DNA of 64,000 bases from Eukaryota sp. TZLM1-RC (Eukaryota > Protista > Metamonada: BaSk clade): the NCBI GenBank assembly GCA_040285825.1, contig JAUPSS010000010.1, positions 680,881 through 744,880 on the forward strand, read 5' to 3'. Shown here piece by piece: positions 47,752-59,127 of the stretch (the first letter of the stretch is position 1; each line of letters begins with the position of its first letter). Under the pieces are notes generated by a model. That model saw only the letters and a program-made list of their open reading frames with translations. It was not told where the DNA came from and ran no database searches. Made by a program: the position numbers and the translations under genes.

Positions 47752-49220
47752 TGTGTAAATATTTAAATATTTAATGTGTTTCTTAACAAAAATTAAATTA
47801 AAATTAAAAAAATTACTCTAAAGCCATCCCATTTAAGCCTATGGGGACATTTTTTAATCCCCTTGCAAGTCTGAAGTGGGCGTTGTAAACGGATATTTCG
47901 CAAATACCACATGAACACAGCTTGAAATTAGTTTTAGAGCTAGAAATTATTCATAGACTTGTAAGACTATGTTATAATTGGCACACGATACTTATGCACC
48001 TATAAAAACAACCAATTACTTTATTGTGTTTATTGGGTGATCAAATGGGCTTCATCGATAATTAGTTATTGTTTGGTGAATTGTATCACCATGTGACGAC
48101 TCTATGTGGAGGTATGGTCACAGTCTGTGACAATTATTAGAAACAAAGAATTACAAGTGTTTATGTCGAAAAACTCTGAGCTTGAATAATAGTTTTTGGC
48201 ACAATTTGATTATTACAGTTGTTTCAGGAAATGTGTTTATAAAACTAAATTACACACCAATCAATGACAGTAATTGATTCCTGTATCTATGAGGAAGAAA
48301 TTCAAGTATTTATAAGATTATTTTTTGAATACCCAGTTGATGATTCTTGACACACGTACTCAATCTTTTTAATATAACAAGATCTTTCCAACATCATATC
48401 TCTATAAAACCAATTGATTGGTTATACAAGTCATAATATTGTTCGTCAACATCCATTGTCATTTGCAAGCTCCTAAAATAGCAAGGGTTTATTCAAGAAG
48501 AATTTAGTATTTGACCCGGTCAAACACCTGAGTGCGACCGGGTGCACCTCATGCAGTCATGACTACTTGACTGTTTCAATAGGTGAAAGTGTTGAAACGA
48601 TACCTTTGAATTACAGTGAGTACTGCTAAAATTCTTGAACTATTTCATTAGATTATAGAAATTCTGGAATTCCAAAAAGCAAAAATTGCAATTCAAAGGT
48701 ATGATTTCATCAGGTATTTGGAATTCTGGAATTCCGTATTTGGTTGAAACCATAGTGCAAATAGCACGGCACGTGTTTATAATAGATCAACACTTATGCG
48801 GTGTTTTGTACACCATGCAGGTCTATACAACTGTGTACTTTATGTTATTTAACTAAAAACACCAAATTAGTGTAGTTTATATTTTGTATCCTTCTTGAAC
48901 ATATTGCACTAATACATCAGGTCAAACTAACATTTATTATAAAACAATACTCTAAATTCTGGACTACTTTGGATTATTGGGATTTCTTCTAAGAAGGTAA
49001 AGACAGGACGTCTTGTTGGGGACATTGTTGGAATTGAGGAGAGTAAGAGAATTGAGATTCAGTATGAAGTGTTTAGCACGTGTTCATAGTGAATGAACAA
49101 GTGCTTTTGTACAAATTGGATGAAACACTCAAATAATTTCAAACACTGCTGTACAGGGTTTCTTTAACAGGAGGGTAACTCCTCCTTCGCATGAATGTTC
49201 ATCCTATCACATCGTGAAGA

Positions 49221-50095
49221 ATGAACAACATTGACCGTTGCTTTTTGGTTCACCTTGACAATATGAGGTGTGAAGTGTGTGAGGGCCCTGATCTGCTAGA
49301 GGAGTACCTCACACCTTTGAGGGAACAACATGATTGCGTCAGACATCATCTCGCAGAATCATTGATTATGAAACGTATTATTGCTGGATCTACTGGACTG
49401 TCTCAACCTCCTGTTGATGTTGAAGAATGTACAAGGTATTGGGAGGACCTTCTTCTGGGAGCACTCGCAATTGATCCTGAGGTTTTAAAATTCAGGAGAA
49501 AGGAACCTCATTTTGCGACCCTCCAAACTCATGAGGTATGTAGTTTTTTGGTCGTTCATCCTAGTCTATACGTCGTCCATTTTTGCAATTGTACAACACA
49601 GCACACAAGAGGAACGTTATGATAATAGAGATTGCAGAATCATCAGAGTTGTTGTCACTTGTTCATGAAAGGTTGATCAGACTTGCAATTAACGATTTAC
49701 TTGTTAGTAGGAAGCGTGCACTGTGTGTAGCTCTCATATATGAGCATCATTCCAAACTGAACTTATCCATTTGTGTTGTTACTGCTATTATCAATTTTGA
49801 TAGTGGACAGAAGGAGTTTCTATTGAGCAAGATTGAGACCTATGAACCCTCAATTTATAGCTTTGAGGCTTTGTTGGATGTTTGCGCAACGATTTTACAT
49901 GTGGAAGCAATGAATGAGAGCACGTTTCTATTAGATGAAACTACACGTTTTATTGCAGCATTAATATTGCGAGAAGGGTTTGATCGACTTCCATATGGTG
50001 TGTGCAATGCCACTAAATGTCACGGAAGGCTCTTGGAACTGGGACGGCCTAATTTGCTTGACGAATTTGAGGATGCCCTTGATGATGTTTCTTGA
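49221..50095 (+). CDS. Hypothetical protein; intron 49536-49564
   Basis: A 29-nt GTATGT...TTCATCCTAG intron joins ORFs 49221 and 49583 in frame. No recognised domain. Confidence 0.65.
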
Positions 50096-50516
50096 CTCTG
50101 TTTGTATAATTGAAGTTGTTGTAAATTATAGTTGTAATCGTAAATTAATTGAATTTAATGAAATTTGGAGCTTAATCATTTAAATTATTTATTTGACAAA
50201 TTTCCAGAATTTGCCTGCAAAACTCAGTAGCAACTTTCATAGAAATTAGTTTTTCCATATCCACAATGATTCGGTTAAATGCCATGGCATGTTATCGGTA
50301 AACAAAGCTCTTTGTGTCAGCATCTTTTTAAATGTTGCAAAACACAAAACATCAAACATCAAACCGAACGTAGAGAAGGTTCATGAGGTAAAAACTGAAC
50401 AGAAACAACAGATAGAAGAAAAAACAGTGACAGTTATGGTTAGTTGACGTTCACGTGTAATTGATCTTTATAAGAGATCTATTCATAGTTCAAAATGTCA
50501 GAATGTGTGAATCAAA

Positions 50517-51525
50517 TTTTTGTATTTATTGAATTTGCACACTTAATTAAATTAACTCAATACTAATGGAACGACTATCATTGAACCAAGATTTCCTCTA
50601 CAAAATCTTGATCTGCTTGCTGTCTAGCTAAAGCTTCTCTTATTCGATTGAAAAACCGTGGTAATCTATTAATAATGGCAAATTGAATCCGAGAACGCCA
50701 TAAAAATATATCAAATCTTTTCATTGTTTTTTCTTGCACCATTTTTTGGAAGTCATTCAAAAAAGTTTCTGCTTCAACTGATAATCTTCCATTTATCGAA
50801 AATGGGAAAGCAATAAAAACCAGCTGTGTATTTCTATCGACATTAGCCTCTTCAATATCTTTATCATATTTTCTATGTTCTCTTTTGCTTTAAAATCCAG
50901 AGCACTCACAGGATTAAGTTTTCTTCCGTGAACCAAAGTGTCATTTGCAACATTACATGAGACAAAGTCAACAATAGCTTCAGAATTATCAATCCAATCA
51001 CAGTATACATCACCTCTATCATCAGAACCAAAATTATTCAGAGAAAGTGTTTCCTTCAGCAGGGGCTCTTTGATATATGATATCCTTGCAGTTTGTGCCA
51101 TATTGAAAACAGTGTCTCTAACAGCATCATGTAATGAAGAACGATAAGTTATCAATTTTGAGCAATTCAGAGCATGGCGCAAAGTGAGTTGAGGTGAATT
51201 CGAACAAATACATTCTTCTTTTGATAATAATTGATTAATGGGGATGTTCAAATATAATCTCATTTTTGTTACAAATGCTTCATTAGTGGCACACAATCCA
51301 AATCTTCGTGGTACAATAGTTACAAAAAGTGAAGAATCTGACGACTTGTTTTCACAAACACCCTTTTCCAATAACAATGAGTGAAGATCTTGATTTAAAA
51401 CAGCCGAGCTGCATATATTATTATAAAGATCTTTTTCATACATTCCAGTCAATCGTTTCTGTAATGTTCGAAGAGTGTACTTCAAATTTAAAACATTTTT
51501 TTCTGGAATATTGCCATTGATTGAT
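50517..51525 (-). mobile_element. 5'-truncated family A LINE
   Basis: Near-identical to 16160-17160, with 3' UTR ...GTGTGCAAATTCAATAAATAC and short A tail. Confidence 0.92.
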
Positions 51526-51862
51526 TGGAAAATTTGAAGTTGACCAGAGCAGCAGCAATTTAACTCGATCATATTGATAGATTAAACTCGGATGGTCTAT
51601 CGAACAAGACAAGCAATGACGAGAAAGCATGCATATGTGGATGAAACCTTGTATAGCTGCGTGTGTTTCGAAGTCATTACAACAGTATGTTTGGTCATAA
51701 AAAATATAAATTTTGTGAATGATAATATGAGAATCCATTGATGTAATAAGAAGAAAAAAATTTTCAATCACTGCTTTTTAATCACTCTGAAACAATACTG
51801 AATTGTTATTGTTTCAAAGAACAAGTGAAATTCAGTTGAAATTAGTGATCAATACATCAAAA

Positions 51863-51933
51863 TGCGTCCGCCGGGAATCGAACCCGGGTCACAACGATGG
51901 CAACGTCGTATTCTACCACTAAACCACGAACGC
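51863..51933 (-). tRNA. tRNA-Gly (GCC), identical to 29956-30026
   Basis: Same 71-nt sequence, followed by TTTT. Confidence 0.97.
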
Positions 51934-52219
51934 TCTTGCAATAGACGTTTAGTAAAATACAATCTTTAAATTAGTCCAAAATAATCCTTAACAAGACATA
52001 CAAGCGGTCAATTTGAGGCATTGTTGAACAGACTAAAAACCGATGTTTTTAATAACAATAAATAATATTAATATATATAGTTTTTTTGGAACGGGGACAG
52101 TGTTTGACAAGTCGATTCTTTAATGCATTACGAAAGTATCCCTAATATTTTTTGTCAATACACATGAATAAACTGGGTCACAACAAGAATTCAAAGAAAT
52201 GTGAAAACTATAATAATAT

Positions 52220-53250
52220 GACTATTAAAAATTTTGTGACTGCCACTGCTGCTGAATCGAATTTGGCTTCTAAAAAATGTAATAAATGTAGCTATTGCCG
52301 TGATTTGTCACATAATATTGTGACCTGCCGAAAGAAATTTAAAAATAATGAGATTCTTAAATCTTAAAAATTTGTATTAGAATCGTCTTTGCCCAATGTT
52401 GACGCTTAAAACTCAAACATGATTTCTGAAGATTTGAATTCAAATTTTTTAACTCTATCTTATGTTAATCTTGCTGATCCAGATCCTAATTCTAACATTT
52501 GTGTATTTTGTTCAAATGTTTTAACTGAACGGCCAGTTTTATATTGTAATTCTTGTACCGCTACAGATACCTTGAAACTGCCTGTTAGAATCCCTGTTGA
52601 AACAAGCCCTGCTAGTTCTATTTTTTTGTCTTTTGAGATGCGAATTTTTTTACATTTAAAGAATAATAATTGGGTCACAACGGATTTATGGAAATTTTTG
52701 CAAAGAATAAATGTCTTTTGAAAAAACCAAAATCAAATAATTCATCTCGCTCACAAAAATCAAAATTGGTGAGACAAATGTGTTTAAGAGGTCGCTATGG
52801 TTCAGCCAAGAAAGTTAGTGTTCTTCTCAATTGGGCAAACCTACAAATGAAACAGTGACAAAATCAGAAAAACTTCACCCTGTTGGTATTGATTTCATAT
52901 TGAAACGGCAACATATTTTTTTTGCTTTTTCATTGAATCTATTTAAACAGCAAGCGGAAAAAATATTGTGCAAAGTTTCAGAAACTGCAATTGGACGAAC
53001 ATCCAATTTTGAATTTCTCAATAGCGCAGTCAAACGTGAACATCTCAATTCTTCAGGATGCAATCCACTTCCTAATACTACTGCAAATACACCGTTCAAG
53101 TCTCTACATGGAGTGCTCAGCGTACCAATGGTGCAAAAAGCCGGAAAGTAGAGAAGTAATCAAGGCAAAGTATTGGAATAGGAACAAGATGGCTTGTTTG
53201 AATATGTTGATCGTATTTATCACTGGTTGTCTAATGAAGACCTATTTATC
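52220..53250. mobile_element. Two convergent LINE fragments: N-terminal knuckle region (+, ~52220-52890) and RT N-terminal region (-, ~52900-53250)
   Basis: CSYCRDLSHNIVTC, PVRIPVETSPASS, RGRYGSA on +. SRLTALL..DVRPIAVSETL on -. Confidence 0.72.
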
Positions 53251-53430
53251 TCAGAGCTCAGTTTTTGACTAGCAAAATCTAATAGTTGGCATTTATCATG
53301 TACCAAAAACTTGAAACAATATATAGAATTTTTCTAAAGCAATCAAGCATTGAGAAAGCCAAAAATCAAAATCTGAAATCTTAATTTATTATAAAATACA
53401 TTTCAATCTTTTAATTGAATTAAATCCTAT

Positions 53431-54889
53431 TTAAATCTTTAATCCCTTCATTGCTGTCAAATATTTAGCTGGAACACCCTGCTCTTCTAGTTCCAATACT
53501 TTGAGATCTCTCATGGCCCTCAACTCGGCATGCTCTTCAGCTCGCCTTCTAAGAACTTTTCTTCCCTCTACCAATGCATTCTCTCTTTCCTTCTTATACT
53601 CTTGTCGTCTCTCTTCTATTTGCGCCAACAGCTCTTCCTGATGTTGCTTATACAACTTCCTCAATCTTTCTTCTTCCTTTTTCTGAGCTTCCACGTGTTG
53701 CTTCTGAGCTCTAGCGATTTCATCAAACTCTTGCTCCTCCTGTTGAACCATTGTGAGTAATCTCTCTTCCTTATCATGCAATTGACTAAACCTTGCCTTT
53801 GCCAACTCATCATTTAATTGTTTTCTTTTTTGCGCTTCCTGTCTCTCCTTCTCCCGATACTTCCTCTCTGCAGCTTCCATGGCCCTACGTGCTCTAAGCT
53901 CGTCTATTTCGGTTTGCTTGTCCCTGGCTTTTTCTTGCAATTGTCGAAGTTTATTGATTTCCTCTTCTTTTTTCTGTGCCTGTAACTTTGATTCTTGTAA
54001 TCGACGTTCTTCTTCTTCAGCTTTTTTTCGTTGATAATCTAAAATCTTTAATTCCTCTTCCTTTTCACGTTCCATTTCAAGCATTTTCTTTTGCGAGAGC
54101 TCAGAATTGACATTATTGAGCTCTTCTCGTAACCTTCTCGTCTCCTTCATTCTACGTTCTGCTTCTTTTTGCTCTTCTTTCTTCAACAGTTCTATATGCT
54201 GTGATAAGTAATCGATAATACCAAACCTCCAAAGCTGCCTTTTTGTCCTTTTCAAGGGCTTCTTCTTCCATTAACCGTTGTAATCTACGTTCTTCTTTCT
54301 GTTTTTTGATGACCTCGGCACCTTGCTGCATTTGACGTTTAATAGCTTCTTCTTTTTCTCTTTCCTTTCGGATGGCTTCCTGTCTTTCCTCTTCCATGAC
54401 AGCAGCTAACCGAGCTTGTTCTTGCTCTTCTTGCATCTGAAGCATCTTCTTTTCTTCAATTTGACGATCCCGAACAGCTGCACACTTGGCAAAGATAGCC
54501 ATCGAGTTTAGCTTTTTTGCTTCCTCCTTTTCTTCACATTTGAGGAGCTTGGCACGAGATTTTGTGGATTGGGTAGAGGTGTCATCAGACACAGTGGAGG
54601 GAGCTGGTTTTCTTGTTTTGTCGAGGTTCTGGAGACGTTCGCGTTTGGTGGCAGCTAGCTGGCGTCGTTGTTCTGTTGTAAGTTTGTGGGATGGTGTGGG
54701 GTTGGATGAGAGAGAGGCTTGTGCTTTTATGCGCTCCAAATCCGATTTAGAGAGAACAGCTGCCCTTGACTGGTCTATCGTGTGAACTCCTTGAAGAGAG
54801 TCGAGGGAAGAAGTGGTTGATATTGGTGTTGATGACCTAGACACAGTGGATATACGTGAATTAGTACGAGAGAGCCGCGACGAAGACAT
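53431..54889 (-). CDS. CFAP45: Cilia- and flagella-associated protein 45 (CCDC19); intron 54199-54226
   Basis: KKLNSMAIFAKCAAVRDRQIEEK, LRQLQEKARDKQTEIDELRARRAME, C-terminal GVPAKY. A 28-nt intron joins the two ORFs. Start inferred. Confidence 0.85.
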
Positions 54890-55989
54890 CTGGAGAGTGG
54901 TGGATGTGGATAGGGATGGTGGATGATACAGTAGATTCATTTTCATTTCGCTCACATCCAAATCAATATCATCTAAAAAGCTTCTTCGTTCCTCCAACAC
55001 ACTCACAGTGTATCGTCTTGGTAATGATTTTCCTAAAACGCTTTCATTCCAAGATTTTCTGGTTCAACATCCAATTTAAACACCCACAAACTTATATTCA
55101 GTGATCATTGTTTCTTCATATACCCTATTATATACCCATATTCCACATCAAAGGCTAAGGACAATCAAAAGCACTATCAATCATGTCAGTCTATTATAAT
55201 CCTGATTCTACTCAAAATTGCACCATCGTATATTTTCCCCTACGCACAGACTGATTTGACTGTATCACCGAGTAGTTATTTCGTTTGGTGTAAATGACCA
55301 ATAAAAAATTTATCATAAGAAACTGTTTACAAAACAAGACTTATCCAAGTTTTCAATGAGGCTTCAGGATCCTGCCTAAGAATCACCTCTGGATCAACAA
55401 TCTTCCGATGTGATCTATCCTTTCGTATAATCTTCGCTTCCCGTCTGACTTTGCAAATAGGCCGTCTAGTCAACTTGTAAGGACGTGTAAATGGGCATTG
55501 GGTTTGTTGATAAAGATACTTATACAATGATGTAGTTCTGTGTGTGGTTTGACCTATACTAGGATTGCAATGAGTTAGAGTGGAGTAGTTGTTGACAACT
55601 CTGTTGAAGGAGTGCATAAGTGACAAAGATCAGGATATCAGGGTGAATATCAAAAGTATACTGTTCTGTTGATTTAGGAAGGATGTACCACTTCAATGAA
55701 AAGAAGCAGTCTCAGCATCTTCTTCCAAAGACAGGTCTTATGTGATTTACTCACCTGAAATTAAGACTATATAGTCTTGACTCTCATGTTGTCCCACCCT
55801 CAGGAGCTTCTGATACTCCACCTCCAGTATCTGAAGTCAGCAAAATGGCTTTATCTCCTCCTTCAAGGATCAGAACTACCATTTTACCAATTTTAACAAT
55901 TAAGACTAAAAAACAATTCACCTGTTTTTGAAAAAAAAGAAGATTCTCACCTAATAGTTTGTAAAAAGAATGGGACATGTCGTTTTTTT

Positions 55990-56520
55990 ATTGTAATGGC
56001 TGTCATTTCTGATGTCATGTATGTAGCTACTGGATACGCTTCCTCCATTCTTGTCAAAGACAATGGCCAAATTTATGCTGCGACAATGGACAATTGGGTT
56101 ATGCATCTTTTGGCAATTAAGTAGTATTGGAAGCTATTGGAGTTAGTTTACTCGAGAATGAGCCCCCCCCCAAGAATATTTCAATGCAAGAGAGCTTCCT
56201 GAGCTGGATGTTTTTGAACTTCCACCGCTTGAGAAGCCATCATTTCTATTTGGAATCCCCAATAAATGGGGTTTTTTTGAGCATAAAAGATAATAAAGCT
56301 CGCCGAATGTGGACCAACCCGCATTTACCTTCATCATCTAGGTGTAAAGTACCTGGCGTCATTGAAAACATGGACAAGCACAGCGATTCGTACTCTCAAA
56401 TAATCCCCATTAAATCTAGTAATAGATGTTGATTTTGGATATGACGCTGGTGTTGTGGTTACTGAGGAAGACGAACTGTTCGTTTTTGGTGACCTTTCCA
56501 CTGAGTCTCCTTGCCAGGTG
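55990..56520 (+). pseudogene. Decayed RCC1-repeat-like fragment
   Basis: VATGYASSILVKDNGQIYA and DVDFGYDAGVVVTEEDELFVFG resemble RCC1 blades. Frameshifted. Confidence 0.4.
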
Positions 56521-56662
56521 CTCAAACTTTATTTAAGATCTATTCTCATTCATCAGCTAGGACCTTTTTGAGTATGGTACATATTCAGTATAGTCAAAAA
56601 TGCAATAATTGCTTGAAAAAGATTTAGCAAAGAGTATAAAAACAGAAAAAGCTAACCCAAAA

Positions 56663-56678
56663 AGTGTTGAAAAACACC
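56663..56678 (-). terminator. Histone 3' stem-loop (H2A)
   Basis: GGTGTT-TTTC-AACACT, 12 nt after the stop. Confidence 0.85.
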
Positions 56679-56690
56679 ATACTGCACAAC

Positions 56691-57074
56691 CTAGATTTCC
56701 TGAGAAGCTTGTTCTTCGGCTTCAACGCGAGCCTTGGATCCCTTGGGCAGGAGGTCGGAATGAATATGAGGAAGAACACCACCAGAGGGAATCATAATGT
56801 GGGACAAAAGTTTGCTGAGTTCTTCATCATTACGGATAGCCAAGAGAATGTGTCTGGGGACAATACGGGTCTTCTTGTTATCTCTAGCAGCGTTACCTGA
56901 TAATTCAAGAACCTCAGCAGTGAGGTATTCAAGGACAGCAGCCATATAGACGGGAGCACCAGCTGCAATACGTTCGGCATAGCGACCTTCACGGAGGTAA
57001 CGACGGATACGACCTACAGGGAATTGAAGTCCAGCTTTGAAGGAGAGAGTACGTGCACCAGTTTCTTCAGACAT
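56691..57074 (-). CDS. H2A: Histone H2A with C-terminal SQEI (H2A.X-type motif)
   Basis: [56 protein letters not shown]. True ATG at 57074. Confidence 0.97.
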   Translation of the reverse strand: MSEETGARTLSFKAGLQFPVGRIRRYLREGRYAERIAAGAPVYMAAVLEYLTAEVLELSGNAARDNKKTRIVPRHILLAIRNDEELSKLLSHIMIPSGGVLPHIHSDLLPKGSKARVEAEEQASQEI

Positions 57075-57220
57075 GAGAAGTGATTTAATGGGGATTTGAG
57101 AGGAAAATTCCATTTCAACACAACAATTTGTTTGTTGCAAAATTGTCATTTGTGGCAAAACATTGAAACGTTTGATTTTTCAAAGTAAAAATCCTCAACA
57201 CCATTGATATCCTCAATCTC

Positions 57221-57655
57221 ATGCCCGGAAAGAAGTCTGTAAAGTCTACCAAATCCATCAAGGGAGTTCCCTCCAAAGCCCCATCAAAGGCTCCTGCCAA
57301 AGCTGTCAGCAAGGCTGTTGCTGAAGGAGGAGCTGTCTCTGCTGCCCCCAAGCGTAAGAAGGCCCGTAAGGAGACATGGGCTACTTACATCTACCGTGTT
57401 CTTCGCCAAGTCCATCCCGATACTGGTATCTCCACCAAGGCCATGGGTATTATGAACTCTTTTGTTAATGATATCTTTGAACGTATCGCTACTGAAGCTT
57501 CCCGTCTTGCTCGTGTCAACAAGAGAAATACCCTTTCTTCTCGTGAGATCCAGACCGCTGTTAGATTGTTGTTGCCTGGTGAACTCTCCAAACATGCTGT
57601 TTCAGAAGGTACCAAGGCTGTCACCAAATTTACCTCTGCAGGCGAAGCTGAATAG
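57221..57655 (+). CDS. H2B: Histone H2B (divergent from H2A)
   Basis: [55 protein letters not shown]. Confidence 0.97.
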   Translation: MPGKKSVKSTKSIKGVPSKAPSKAPAKAVSKAVAEGGAVSAAPKRKKARKETWATYIYRVLRQVHPDTGISTKAMGIMNSFVNDIFERIATEASRLARVNKRNTLSSREIQTAVRLLLPGELSKHAVSEGTKAVTKFTSAGEAE

Positions 57656-57671
57656 ATTTGTGGTTTTTGAT

Positions 57672-57687
57672 GGTGTTCATCAACACT
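57672..57687 (+). terminator. Histone 3' stem-loop (H2B)
   Basis: GGTGTT-CATC-AACACT. Confidence 0.85.
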
Positions 57688-58010
57688 GGATAAATTTTAG
57701 TATTTTTTCCGTGGTTTTTAGTTGAAATTGTTTCTTTTTAAGTACATAAATGCGAATGCTAAGACGAACAAGCATTTGTATTTGGTTAGTCGTGAAAGGT
57801 TTTGGTTATATTCCCTACAACCAAATGAGAATTCATTAGATTAACAAGATGGTAAAACTTGACAATGGCCTCTGTTCTCAACAAAACAAACCAAATTGAG
57901 AAGACTGAGAGCAAGAAAATCAAATGACAATTGATTGTCGCAAGACATTTTCCCTGCCCTGAATTTCAGCTGAGTTACAATGCAAAATGACATAATCCTG
58001 ATCTACACTA

Positions 58011-58418
58011 ATGGCCCGTACTAAGCAAACCTCTCGCAAGACTACCTCCACCAAAACTCCAAGAAAGCATTTGGCCACCAAGGCTGCTCGTAAAGCTGCC
58101 CCGGCAACTGGTGGTATTAAGAAACCCCATCGTTATCGTCCTGGTACTGTTGCTCTCCGTGAAATCAGAAAGTACCAAAAGTCTACTGAGCTCTTGATCC
58201 GTAAGCTTCCTTTCCAACGTTTAGTCAGAGAAATCGCCCAAGAATTTAAGGGTGAGCTGAGATTTCAAGCATCTGGTATTTCTGCTCTTCAAGAAGCTGC
58301 TGAAGCTTACCTTGTTGGTTTGTTTGAAGACACCAATCTTTGTGCTATCCATGCTAAACGTGTTACCATTATGCCCAAGGACATGGCCCTGGCCAAGAGA
58401 ATTCGCTCTGATTTTTAA
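58011..58418 (+). CDS. H3: Histone H3
   Basis: [47 protein letters not shown]. Confidence 0.98.
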   Translation: MARTKQTSRKTTSTKTPRKHLATKAARKAAPATGGIKKPHRYRPGTVALREIRKYQKSTELLIRKLPFQRLVREIAQEFKGELRFQASGISALQEAAEAYLVGLFEDTNLCAIHAKRVTIMPKDMALAKRIRSDF

Positions 58419-58432
58419 TTTTGCTTTTCAGT

Positions 58433-58448
58433 GGTGTTCTTCAACACT
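58433..58448 (+). terminator. Histone 3' stem-loop (H3)
   Basis: GGTGTT-CTTC-AACACT. Confidence 0.85.
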
Positions 58449-58785
58449 TGATAATTCAATAAACTTGATTTTTATAAAGTTTCTTGCTTTTACATGCAAA
58501 CAGCGGATCATGAACTTCTTCAGGTTCAGTACTCACACCTACTCATGATTGCTCAAGGTCAGTATCTTATTCAGTTATATGAAAGATGTTCATCAAATGA
58601 TGTCATATCAATATCAACCTCCCTCTCTGTCCTGTGAACCTCCATACTTCTTGTCCTGCTTAGAGTCTAGACATTACAATCACCAATGACGAACAACAAT
58701 TAATCTTGGCAAGACAATTCTTCAAATCAAACTCAAATTCTCAAACATCTTTCATATTCTATATTCTTATCTTCATCGATCATCA

Positions 58786-59097
58786 ATGGCTGGCCGTGGA
58801 AAAGGTGGAAAAGGTTTAGGTAAAGGTGGTGCTAAGCGCCATAGAAAGGTTCTTCGTGAAAACATCCAAGGTATAACCAAGCCCGCTATTCGTCGTCTTG
58901 CTCGCCGTGGTGGTGTCAAGCGTATCTCTGCTCTCATCTATGATGAAACCCGTACCGTGCTTCGTACTTTCCTCGAAAACGTGATCCGTGACTCTGTTAC
59001 CTATTGTGAACATGCTAGAAGGAAGACTGTTACTGCCATGGATGTTGTCTATGCCTTGAAACGTCATGGACGTGTTTTATATGGTTTTGGTGTTTAG
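58786..59097 (+). CDS. H4: Histone H4
   Basis: [43 protein letters not shown]. Confidence 0.98.
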   Translation: MAGRGKGGKGLGKGGAKRHRKVLRENIQGITKPAIRRLARRGGVKRISALIYDETRTVLRTFLENVIRDSVTYCEHARRKTVTAMDVVYALKRHGRVLYGFGV

Positions 59098-59111
59098 GTT
59101 TTTGTTTTAGG

Positions 59112-59127
59112 GGTGTTTATCAACACT
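59112..59127 (+). terminator. Histone 3' stem-loop (H4)
   Basis: GGTGTT-TATC-AACACT. Confidence 0.85.

Noticed and set aside
47931-47947. GTTTTAGAGCTAGAAAT, identical to the first 17 nt of the SpCas9 sgRNA scaffold
   Set aside because: The match stops before AGCAAG, there is no tracr portion, no repeats or spacers and no vector context. The GAAA-fused form is synthetic, so this is best treated as AT-rich coincidence.
55327-55740. Minus-strand ORF with RPYKLTRR resembling a Fanzor C-terminus
   Set aside because: No preceding C..C / RD..A..N motif in any frame. Left as an unidentified relic.
57075-57158. N-terminal extension of H2A in the ORF track
   Set aside because: It starts at a non-ATG codon inside the bidirectional H2A/H2B promoter. 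The first in-context ATG giving a normal H2A is at 57074.
19012-59097. Functional chromatin gene cluster (Spp1-like, PRMT1, histones)
   Set aside because: The genes are 15-20 kb apart with unrelated genes between, so there is no evidence beyond chance.
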